A DNA stretch of 57,730 nucleotides from Oscillospiraceae bacterium (GTDB lineage: Bacteria; Bacillota; Clostridia; Oscillospirales; UBA929), in assembly GCA_031253545.1 (NCBI GenBank), contig JAIRWH010000074.1, forward strand, positions 1 through 57,730, written 5' to 3'. The position numbers and the translations under genes were made by a program. Below the pieces are notes generated by a model. The model did not search any database and was not told where the DNA came from. It saw only the letters and a program-made list of their open reading frames with translations. Positions 26,451 to 34,325 of this stretch are shown here, in pieces (position 1 is the stretch's first letter; every line of letters starts with the position of its first letter).

Positions 26451-27182
26451 TCACTCGCTCCCTGAGTATGGCGGATTTCCTGCGCTGTTGTCTGGATTTT
26501 TCAGTTTCCTGTTTGCGCGGACAATCATATACACTGCCATTGCGAACATCACGAAACACACACCGCCGCCTGTCAGGCTTTTCATCAACCCTTCGAAGGT
26601 TTCGCTGTCGCTGTCGCCAAAGGAAGCGAACATGGCGGTTTGGAGTGCGAAAACCGCGACCAACGCTTGGGCGAAGCTGGTCATCTTCACGGCGGACACA
26701 AGCGGTCTGGGCGTTTTTGCGTATCGCACGACGTTGACAATCGCGGTCACAAGGTATGCGAAAGTAAACGTCGCAACGGCGTAGATGACGAGTCCGGGGT
26801 ATTCATATCCCATGTTATGATTGACGATTTGAAAGACAACGCCCGTAAGCGTTGCGTTTAGTGCAAGAAGCAGATAACCGCAAAAACGGTATTGCCGGTA
26901 TTCTTTTTCCAAAGTGCTGTTTTCATTCCTGACATGACGAAGAAGCAGCGCCCGAACCATGCTCAGCACGGTATAATACAAGGCATCAGCGCCGTACCAA
27001 AACGAGGCGTAGTATAGCCCCGCTGTGAGCTTGAAAGCCGCATACAGCAAGTTCAACGATAACGACATATACAAGAACGCTTTTTCGCGATGGGGAGCGT
27101 CCGTTATTATGCGGCCAACGTGCCTGTTCCCGCGCAGGCGGGATTTCATCGTTGACACCGTGCGTGGGAGGATAGGTTTCAT
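26451..27182 (-). CDS. Polytopic membrane protein of unknown function (about 6 TM)
   Basis: The 243-aa protein is hydrophobic throughout (LNLLYAAFKLTAGLYYASFWYGADALYYTVLSMV...). Its start lies 1 nt after the histidine kinase stop, consistent with translational coupling. Confidence 0.6.
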   Translation of the reverse strand: MKPILPRTVSTMKSRLRGNRHVGRIITDAPHREKAFLYMSLSLNLLYAAFKLTAGLYYASFWYGADALYYTVLSMVRALLLRHVRNENSTLEKEYRQYRFCGYLLLALNATLTGVVFQIVNHNMGYEYPGLVIYAVATFTFAYLVTAIVNVVRYAKTPRPLVSAVKMTSFAQALVAVFALQTAMFASFGDSDSETFEGLMKSLTGGGVCFVMFAMAVYMIVRANRKLKNPDNSAGNPPYSGSE

Positions 27183-27183
27183 T

Positions 27184-28242
27184 TCATGCCCCCCGCAGCC
27201 TCACGGTGAACGTGCTGCCATTGCCCACCGCGCTCGTCACCGAGATTTCGCCGCCGACTATGTCAACGACGCGCTTGACCAGGGCGAGTCCAAGACCGTT
27301 CCCGCGTGTGGCGTGGGACTTGTCGCCTTGGTAGAACTTCTCGAATATGTGCCGCCCGACCTCCTGTGTCATCCCGCAACCGGTGTCGGACACTTTCGCC
27401 ACGGCGCAGCCGCTTTCCTCTTTCAGGCTGACCGAAATGCTGCCGCCCTCGCCCGTGAATTTGATTGCGTTGGAAAAGAGGTTGTTCCAGACGATCGTCA
27501 GCAGTTCCTCGTCCGCCTTGACGGTCAAATCGTCGATGTCTATGTCCAAGGCGAGGCGTTTCCCCTCCCACGCATCCTCGAACGCCAACAGGCATTCGCG
27601 CAACTGCTCGCCCAAATCGTACTCGCGCGCCTCGGGAAAAATCTGCTGGTTTTCCAGCATGTTCAGCTTCAGTATGTTCGTGACCAACTCCGAGAGCCGG
27701 GCGGAAGCGGCGCCTATGGTTTTGGCGTGTTCGACCCGCTTTTCCTCCGGCAGCGCGGGGTCTTGGAGCATGGCCGAGTAGTTCTGGATCACGGCGAGAG
27801 GCGTTTTCAATTCGTGTGACACGTTGGCTATGAAGTCCGACCGCAGGGTTTCGATGCCCTCCAGTTCCTCCGCCATTTTGTTGAAGTCCGCGATGATGGC
27901 GTCGAACTCGTTCACGCGACCGCCGCTGTGGAGCGGCGCGATCCGCACGGAGAGGTCGCCATGCGTCAACTGCCGCGTCGCGCTTAGAATGCGTTTCACG
28001 GGTCGCTGTACCGCATACTTGCGTCGGATGCCGTCGATGATTGTGCAAATCAGGCTCAACGCCAAGACGTTTGCGAATGTGAGCCTCGCGCTGTTCCGAA
28101 TCCCGATGTCAAGCTCGATGTCAACTGTCATCAGGAACACCAGAAAAGAGCAGGTCACAAGCCCTGCGACAAGCAGGAAGAATATCAGGTAGTTCCATAT
28201 CGAGAACAGGCTCCGCCCGCCACTGCCCGCCGTCCTTTTCAT
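27184..28242 (-). CDS. Sensor histidine kinase (2 TM, HAMP-like, HisKA, HATPase_c)
   Basis: The H-box is SHELKTPLAVIQNYSAML, the N-box is WNNLFSNAIKFT and the G-box is GNGLGLALVKRVV. I trimmed the start to MKRTAGSGG at 28242, which ATGA-overlaps the regulator stop. Confidence 0.85.
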   Translation of the reverse strand: MKRTAGSGGRSLFSIWNYLIFFLLVAGLVTCSFLVFLMTVDIELDIGIRNSARLTFANVLALSLICTIIDGIRRKYAVQRPVKRILSATRQLTHGDLSVRIAPLHSGGRVNEFDAIIADFNKMAEELEGIETLRSDFIANVSHELKTPLAVIQNYSAMLQDPALPEEKRVEHAKTIGAASARLSELVTNILKLNMLENQQIFPEAREYDLGEQLRECLLAFEDAWEGKRLALDIDIDDLTVKADEELLTIVWNNLFSNAIKFTGEGGSISVSLKEESGCAVAKVSDTGCGMTQEVGRHIFEKFYQGDKSHATRGNGLGLALVKRVVDIVGGEISVTSAVGNGSTFTVRLRGA

Positions 28243-28910
28243 TTCAGCACCGCCTTGTAGCCGAGCCCGTGGACGGTGACGATCTCGAAATCGGGGCACG
28301 CCGAGAGTTTGTCGCGGAGCTTCGTGATATACACATCCACGGCGCGCGGCCCGGTGGACGTTTCGATGTCCCAAAACTCGTCCATCAACTGCGACCGTGT
28401 GAAGGTTTTCTTCGGGTACGACAGCAACTTGTACAGCAGGTTGAACTCCCTCGGGGTCAGGGGGATTTCCACGTTGCCGGCGTATGCCGAGCGTTCCTCC
28501 GCGTCCATGACGAGGCTTCCCACGGTCAGTCGCTTGTTGCTCGCGATTTTGGCGCGGCGCATGAGCGCGCCGACCCGCAGCACAAGCTCGTCAAGTTCGA
28601 TTGGTTTCACCATGTAATCGTCTATGCCGGCGCGGAACCCACGCTGCTTGGATGCCAAATCGTCGCGGGCTGTCACGAAGAGGATAGGAATTTCTTGATC
28701 CAGTCCCCGCACCGTCTCCGCGAACTCGAAGCCGTCAATTTCGGACATCATAACGTCCGACACGATTAGGTCGAAGAAGTTGCCGTACATGGCATCATAG
28801 GCCTCGCTCGCGCCGAGGCAGCCTACGGTATCGTAGCCGCTCTCCGTCATGCGCGCGCAGACGGCCTTGTTGAGTTCGCGGTCGTCCTCGACGACGAGAA
28901 TTTTGAACAT
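28239..28910 (-). CDS. OmpR-family response regulator
   Basis: The receiver domain is MFKILVVEDD...LIVSDVMMSEIDG. The winged-helix C-terminus is RAVDVYITKLRDKL...TVHGLGYKAV. I trimmed the start to 28910. Confidence 0.9.
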   Translation of the reverse strand: MFKILVVEDDRELNKAVCARMTESGYDTVGCLGASEAYDAMYGNFFDLIVSDVMMSEIDGFEFAETVRGLDQEIPILFVTARDDLASKQRGFRAGIDDYMVKPIELDELVLRVGALMRRAKIASNKRLTVGSLVMDAEERSAYAGNVEIPLTPREFNLLYKLLSYPKKTFTRSQLMDEFWDIETSTGPRAVDVYITKLRDKLSACPDFEIVTVHGLGYKAVLK

Positions 28911-29065
28911 CGGTGTCGCCCCCTGTTGCGTTTTTCCATGCATTGTATCATGGATATGTTAAGATTATGTTTCTGTTTTGCCTTTGCCGTGCGAAATTCG
29001 TTTTTCAAAATAAGTGCTGTCAAGTTGCCTCGTCCGATTATTACGAAAATCTCATGTTTCAAGGC

Positions 29066-29098
29066 GCGAAAACAAGGCAGGGCATGAGTCGCCCTGCC
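29066..29098 (-). terminator. Rho-independent terminator after the sfsA remnant
   Basis: On the minus strand, GGCAGGGC, a GACTCAT loop and GCCCTGCC are followed by TTGTTTTCG. Confidence 0.7.
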
Positions 29099-29113
29099 CG
29101 TCAACTGGGTTGG

Positions 29114-29853
29114 CTATAACGAGAGCCTGAAATACTTTGCCAATTCAACCCCGCCCGGGGTAATCCTGAAATTCGCCTGCCAGCTTTCGACGCGCGCCGC
29201 TTCCGCCCTGCCGACCGCCGCGCTGACCTCCTCGTAATTCGTGTTGCGCTCCACGACTTGAAAGCCGGGGTTGTCGTACAGGAAACAAGTCAGAAGAATC
29301 GCCCGTTGGTGGCTTTGCAGGCTGTTAGCCAGTTCCGTGATGTGCTTGACAAACCGCTCCGTCGAGGAAAACGGCGCGGTCTTCTTCGTTTTCACGTAAT
29401 CGGGGATGTCCAACTGCAAGGACTGCAAAGGCGTTTTCACCTCAACGTAGGTGTCCCCGACGAGAAAATCCAGTTTCGACGAGCCGAGGATTTTCTCCCT
29501 ATGCACCGCGCCGCCCGCTGCGACCATATCGCCAAAACCGCCGTTTTCCAAGTAATGCCCGCGTAGCGGTTTGCCGCGTTCTGGTTGATGCCGATCCAAG
29601 ATTTCGCCGCGTCCTCTGGGCGGTTCAGCGACACAGCCTCCACGGTGTAAGGCGTTTTGCGCGAGGGGTCGGTCGATTTCGACAACAGGCAGGGTCGCCC
29701 GCCGAGTTCTATGTTGCCGATGCGCCCCGTCGTGGGGCAATGGCAGGCGACGACCTCGCCGCCCGCTTCGACGCTCATCGTGTACTGGGTCTTGCGGTTC
29801 TGGATGACACCCTCGACCAACGGGGGATTGAAGACGTATGCGGATTCTGTCAT
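29114..29853 (-). pseudogene. sfsA: Sugar fermentation stimulation protein SfsA, frameshifted
   Basis: The N-terminal half (MTESAYVFNPPLVEGVIQNRKTQYTMSV...CHCPTTGRIGN...WIGINQNAANRY) and the C-terminal half (HYLENGGFGDMV...SKLDFLVGDTYVEVKTPL...) lie in different frames. The switch falls near 29570-29580. The combined length of about 235 aa fits SfsA. A sequencing error cannot be excluded. Confidence 0.7.
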
Positions 29854-29869
29854 TGCCGCCAACCTCAAA

Positions 29870-30337
29870 TCATTTCTGTTTCTTTGGCCTGTCTATGAAT
29901 TTCGCCGTCACCTGTTCCGTTTTCAACTGGTATGCAATGATAGCGTCCTGCGCAGTCGATATGCCGGATTTCGCTGGTTTCCATGCGAATTTCGGCACAA
30001 ATTTCTCGACCAGTCTTTCGAGGACGGCAACCCTCATATCGGGGAGGGATTCAATCGTCCCGAGCACAATTGCGCTGCGCGCCTTTATCCCGTTTTTCGT
30101 CTCGACGACCGTGAAACTCGCTTTTGGCTTGTTGGCGAAGCGCTCGGTCTTGTGGCCGCCTTCGGCGGCGCTGTGGAAGTGGGCGTCGCCGTCGATGAGG
30201 ACGTAATGGAGCGGGACACCGTAAGGGTAACCGTCCTCCCCGACCACCGACAGCACGCCGTATTTTCCGCTGTTCAGGATTTCATTGGCCGCCTCGCGGG
30301 GCAGTTCGCGGTCTTTCCTGCGCATCGCCTTGAACAT
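29870..30337 (-). CDS. Pyridoxamine 5'-phosphate oxidase-fold flavoprotein, Nim (5-nitroimidazole reductase)-like
   Basis: The 155-aa protein reads MFKAMRRKDRELPREAANEILNSGKYGVLSVVGEDGYPYGVPLHYVL...FHSA. The N-terminal pattern and size are typical of the Nim/PNPOx-like family. Confidence 0.65.
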   Translation of the reverse strand: MFKAMRRKDRELPREAANEILNSGKYGVLSVVGEDGYPYGVPLHYVLIDGDAHFHSAAEGGHKTERFANKPKASFTVVETKNGIKARSAIVLGTIESLPDMRVAVLERLVEKFVPKFAWKPAKSGISTAQDAIIAYQLKTEQVTAKFIDRPKKQK

Positions 30338-30341
30338 TTTG

Positions 30342-30382
30342 TTGACCTCCCAGGCGTTGTGTGGTATAGTTGCATAAGCAAC
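30342..30382 (+). promoter_or_regulatory. Promoter plus palindromic operator in the divergent Nim-like/TetR intergenic region
   Basis: TTGACC (30342-30347), a 17-nt spacer and TATAGT (30365-30370). The promoter overlaps the palindrome GTTGC-ATAA-GCAAC (30369-30382). A minus-strand TTGATA-17-TAATAT lies at about 30395-30423. Confidence 0.5.
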
Positions 30383-30482
30383 GATTGTCGCATAACCATA
30401 TTACCATTTCCGCCACAGGATATCAAGGGGAAAACCGCGCAAACGCCTTAATTGCAACAACCGCCGGAGGTTTGTCGCTAAA

Positions 30483-31121
30483 ATGAAACGGAAAAACACC
30501 ACCACCCAAATGATGAAAGGCTACATCGCTGAAAGCCTCTTGCTGCTGATAATCCAAAAGGCGTACAGCGATATTTCGATTGGGGAGATCGCGGGCAGGG
30601 CGGGGGTGAACCGCTCGACTTACTACCGCAATTTCGCGTTGAAGGAAGGAATCGTCGATTTCTGATTTTCCGGCGTCATGGACGAGTACATAGGCGAGTA
30701 CCGCAGGTCCGCGGACAGTTCCACGGAAAACTATTTCAGCGTGATATTCAACTGCTTCCACAAGCACAGGGAAGCTCTTTTGTCCATTCACGCGAACGGC
30801 TTGTCGCACATCATCCTCTCCGTCCTGAACCGGATGTTCGAGGAAAGCGTGGGGAGCAGTGGGTTGCAGATCGCCGAGAGGTACAGGCGGTACTTTCATA
30901 CTGGCGGCATATACAATTTCCTTTTGCTGTGGCTGTCAAACGGCATGGACGAACCGCCTGATGCATGGTACCCATCGCGATTTCCTGCTTTCACGGAAAC
31001 CCGGTGCCAAGGTTGTTGGCGTGAGTACGCGGGCGATAATCAGTCCCAGGCAAACGCCATAACAGTACGGCAGTATAAGCAAACTCCCGTCTGCCTCACG
31101 GCAAAACGGCATCCCAGATAA
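30483..31121 (+). pseudogene. TetR/AcrR-family regulator interrupted by an in-frame TGA
   Basis: The HTH is ISIGEIAGRAGVNRSTYYRNF. An in-frame TGA at 30663-30665 separates IVDF from FSGVMDEYIGEY, and both parts are in the same frame. The C-terminal tail after LWLSNGMDEPPD looks non-native, so a further shift is possible. Confidence 0.65.
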
Positions 31122-31137
31122 CCCGGACTATCACACC

Positions 31138-31166
31138 CACGGAGGGCGGTCAAAGGCCGCCCTCCG
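31138..31166. terminator. Strong 11-bp GC-rich stem-loop
   Basis: ACGGAGGGCGG (31138-31148) pairs with CCGCCCTCCGT (31156-31166) around a 7-nt loop. It lies between the convergent TetR remnant and relaxase remnant. No clear U-tract is present. Confidence 0.5.
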
Positions 31167-31172
31167 TAACCA

Positions 31173-31939
31173 TCTACAACTCGGCTTCTTGCGCTCTTTT
31201 CGCCGTCTGCTCTCGCTCCGTCGCCGCCGTCCGCTCCGCCATTTCGTCATCGGCGGCAGCCTGCTTGGGTCGAACCGCCCCTGCAAAACGTCGCGGAGGT
31301 ACCGCTCCGCGGCATCGTAAAGCGTGAGTTCGTCCTGCGGTGGCGTTTGTAGTTCTCGCTCTGGGCTATGTGCTCGTCGAGCGTTTTGAGCCTCCGTTCA
31401 ATGGGTTTCAGTTTCTCGCCGATGGAGCAAACCTCGCCGTGCATGGAGTTCACTTTCCGCTCCAAACCCGCTATGTCGGTTATGCTGTTCTCTTGGAGGA
31501 ACAGGAGCGTTTGGGACGCGGCTTTCAGTCGTGCTACGCCCGATTGGCTTTGCCTGTTCAGGATGTCGGAGATTACGTCGGCGAGGGTCGGCGGTCCTGC
31601 GTTCGCGGTTTCTGAATTCAGCCAGTCGGAGAGTTTGTTTATCCTCGCGCGCAACTGCCTGATTTGGCTGTCGGTAACGGCTGCTTGGCGGTTGGTGTCG
31701 CCAAGTTCCGTGCGTTTGCCTTTCCGCTCCATCCGCGAGGCGGCGGGTCCGAGGTGGACGGTCGGGATTTTCTACACGCCCTGCCTCGCGTAGCTGCGGT
31801 GGTCGATCGCGCCGCCGTCGGAAAGCGCCCCGCTGATGCGCAGCGCGTCGTTGCATACGTCCGCCCACGCCTTACGCCACTCCTCCGCTTTGGAGTGTTC
31901 GTTCCAGTCGGTCGTGTAAATTGCTTTCCTCCCTCCTTG
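31173..31939 (-). pseudogene. Conjugative relaxase (MobA/VirD2-type) C-terminal fragment
   Basis: The sequence is IYTTDWNEHSKAEEWRKAWADVCNDAL...IDHRSYARQGV*KIPTVHLGPAASRMERKGKRTELGDTNRQ...KLKPIERRLKTLDEHIAQSENYK. An in-frame TAG lies at 31772-31774. At least one frameshift occurs near 31330; the alternative frame gives ELTLYDAAERYLRDVLQGRFDPSRLPP. The catalytic N-terminal domain is absent. Confidence 0.7.
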
Positions 31940-32234
31940 TCAGTATATATCCTCAAGGAGCGCCTTGGTGTTCCCGTTCAGGACGGGAGGGAGGTCCGCG
32001 ATTTGCAGGCCATATCCTGTAGCACTCGTTTGCCCTTACTACCTCAAAGGTAAGATGCTGGCCGACAATCCGGTAGATGCGAACCTCTCGATTCAATGCG
32101 GAATTTGCGGACAGTATTACCGAAGGAATCCGCAAACGCGCAGAACTGAGAAAGCGAGAGCATCTCCAAGCAAATCAAAAAGTAAATAGTTTAGTGGTTT
32201 TACTGACTGAGTCGAATCGGGGTACATACCGCCG

Positions 32235-32852
32235 TTGAATGAAATACCGTACGCCGCATACGGCTCCAACATGAACACGCAGCAGATGGCGCGCCGCTGC
32301 CCCACCGCTACGCCGGCGGGGACAGCCGAGCTGCAGGGTTACCGGCTGCTGTTCCGAGGCTCACGCGAGAGTGCCGTGGCCACAGTGGAGCCATACACGG
32401 GAGGGAGAGTCCCCGTGCTGCTGTGGGAGCTTACGCCCGCCGACGAGTACTACCTTGACCGCTACGAGGGGTATCCGTATTTCTACCGCAAGGAGAGCGT
32501 CCCCCTCACCCTCGGCGGCAAGGCGGTCACCGCCATGCTGTATGTCATGAACGCCGAGGGCGGGCGCTACCCCCTCGGACAGCCGCACCCGCGCTACTAC
32601 GCGGGCTACCCAATAGCCTTGTACCCCCTGCTGCCGTGCAATATGTCCGTGGAGCGGGACAGGGACACAAAGAAAATCGTTTACACCTACCACGGCGACG
32701 AGGGGGCGGTGAAACTCGACCGCCGGCACGTCCTCCACGTTCCGGGGCTTGGCTTCGACGGGCTGGTCGGCTACTCGCCGATTGCGCTTGTCAAGGCTAT
32801 AAAAGGATATTCCCATGACAAACCGGGTCAAAAAGAAGGCACTACCCCATGA
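32235..32852 (+). CDS. Chimeric ORF: gamma-glutamylcyclotransferase (AIG2/GGCT-like) domain fused to a fragment of about 60 aa of an HK97-type phage portal protein
   Basis: The ORF uses a TTG start. The N-terminal IPYAAYGSNMNTQQMARRCP...LDRYEGYP is GGCT-like. From about residue 130, LYPLLPCNMSVERDRDTKKIVYTYHGDEGAVKLDRRHVLHVPGLGFDGLVGYSPIALVK matches the portal motif (...vlHi.g...dG..G.SPI). A non-native tail follows. Confidence 0.55.
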   Translation: MNEIPYAAYGSNMNTQQMARRCPTATPAGTAELQGYRLLFRGSRESAVATVEPYTGGRVPVLLWELTPADEYYLDRYEGYPYFYRKESVPLTLGGKAVTAMLYVMNAEGGRYPLGQPHPRYYAGYPIALYPLLPCNMSVERDRDTKKIVYTYHGDEGAVKLDRRHVLHVPGLGFDGLVGYSPIALVKAIKGYSHDKPGQKEGTTP

Positions 32853-33149
32853 CAAACGGGGGCTTCGCCCCCGTTTGTTCCCCGTGTCCCTTCCTGTCCC
32901 TTTACTTTCCCCGCCCATCGGGGGTACAATGTCCGCATACCCACGCATGCGCGCGCACACGCGCACACCCACGCGGCGGCGCGGGCCCGCGCGCGAGGCG
33001 GAGGGACAAAGCGAGACAGGGGAAAAGCGTTTGTGGAAAATGCACAAAGCCCGCCGGGAAAGTTTGTGCAAATAGCACGTGGCAAAAGCGGAAGGGCGAT
33101 GGTATGATTAAATCGTCACAGCGCAATACTTTTGACGGGAGTGGTTATC

Positions 33150-34262
33150 TTGGCAAGCCTCAATCTGAAAGGCATCTACAAAAAGTACCCCGGCGGCGTG
33201 GTGGCCGTGTCCGACTTCAACCTCGACATCGAGGACAAAGAATTCATCATCTTAGTCGGGCCGTCCGGCTGCGGCAAGTCCACTACCCTGCGCATGGTGG
33301 CGGGCTTGGAGGAGATTACCGAAGGCGAGCTGTATATAGACAACAAGCTCGTCAACGACACGCCCCCCAAAGACCGCGACATCGCCATGGTGTTCCAGAA
33401 CTACGCCCTCTACCCGCACATGACGGTGTTTGAGAACATGGCGTTCGGCTTGAAGCTCCGCAAAACCCCCAAAGACGAAATCAAGCGCCGCGTCAGCGAA
33501 GCGGCCAAGATTTTGGAAATCGAGCACCTGCTCGACCGCAAGCCCAAGGCTCTCTCCGGCGGTCAGCGCCAGCGCGTTGCGCTTGGGCGCGCCATAGTGC
33601 GTAACCCCAAGGTGTTCCTGCTCGACGAGCCGCTCTCCAACCTCGACGCCAAGCTCCGCGCCCAGATGCGCACAGAGCTTACCAAGCTGCACCAGCGCCT
33701 TGCCACCACATTCATCTACGTTACGCACGACCAAGTGGAAGCCATGACAATGGGCACGCGCATTGTGGTTATGAAAGACGGCTTTATCCAGCAAATCTCC
33801 TCGCCGCAGGTGCTGTACGAAACACCATGCAACCTCTTCGTGGCGGGCTTCATCGGCTCCCCGCAGATGAACTTCTTCGACGCGAAAGTCACCGACGAAG
33901 GCGGCGTTACCTACCTCGTGTTCGGCAACAGCAAAATCGCGCTGCCGGAGGCGAAAGGGCGCAAGCCCGAAGTGCTCGCCTACGCCGGCAAGGAAGTTGT
34001 GGTGGGCATCCGCCCCGAATGTATACACGACGAAGACATCTTCCTTTCGCAGTTCCCCAATTCGCTCGTGTATATGGACGTGGAAGTTGTGGAGATGATG
34101 GGCGCGGAGACATACCTCTACATGACTTGCGAGACCTATAACTTCACGGCTCGCGTATCCAACCGCTCCGTGGCCAAGAGCGGCGACCACATAAAGCTCG
34201 CCCTCGATGCCAAAAAGATTCACCTCTTCGACAAAGAGACGGAAAAGACCATTACCAATTAG
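33150..34262 (+). CDS. msmK: Sugar ABC transporter ATP-binding protein (MsmK/MalK/UgpC type), orphan
   Basis: Walker A is GPSGCGKST, the signature is LSGGQRQR and Walker B is VFLLDEPLSNLD. A MalK-like regulatory C-terminal domain is present. The TTG start at 33150 (MASLNLKGIYKKY) lies 9 nt after GGGAG. No permease or binding-protein genes are adjacent. Confidence 0.85.
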   Translation: MASLNLKGIYKKYPGGVVAVSDFNLDIEDKEFIILVGPSGCGKSTTLRMVAGLEEITEGELYIDNKLVNDTPPKDRDIAMVFQNYALYPHMTVFENMAFGLKLRKTPKDEIKRRVSEAAKILEIEHLLDRKPKALSGGQRQRVALGRAIVRNPKVFLLDEPLSNLDAKLRAQMRTELTKLHQRLATTFIYVTHDQVEAMTMGTRIVVMKDGFIQQISSPQVLYETPCNLFVAGFIGSPQMNFFDAKVTDEGGVTYLVFGNSKIALPEAKGRKPEVLAYAGKEVVVGIRPECIHDEDIFLSQFPNSLVYMDVEVVEMMGAETYLYMTCETYNFTARVSNRSVAKSGDHIKLALDAKKIHLFDKETEKTITN

Positions 34263-34325
34263 AAACGCCGAATATACAGCCGCGCCGTTTGACACGGCGC
34301 GGCTGTATATTTTTTTCGGAACGTA

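Larger units (their letters stand above)
23334..32852. mobile_element. Decayed integrated mobile-element remnant (conjugative-element and prophage fragments plus cargo)
   Basis: The region contains an excisionase-like HTH gene, a broken ECF-type sigma gene, a broken ABC ATPase, a relaxase C-terminal fragment and a phage portal fragment. It is visibly less GC-rich than its flanks, especially 24.1-26.5 kb. No integrase is present and no terminal repeats were identified, so the boundaries are approximate. Confidence 0.5.

Noticed and set aside
23763-31774. In-frame stop codons in several genes, considered as programmed recoding (selenocysteine, pyrrolysine or a reassigned stop).
   Set aside because: TAG, TAA and TGA all occur as interruptions, and the same genes also carry frameshifts and truncations. 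Confident housekeeping genes in the window terminate normally with all three stops. No SECIS-like or PYLIS-like context was evident. Ordinary pseudogenisation explains the pattern better.
31965-32189. A small ORF with a CGICGQ motif (a possible zinc-ribbon protein) between the relaxase remnant and the GGCT gene.
   Set aside because: It has no RBS, only a single Cys pair and an Arg/Ser/Lys-rich tail. It lies in junction DNA of the decayed element, so the evidence for a gene is insufficient.
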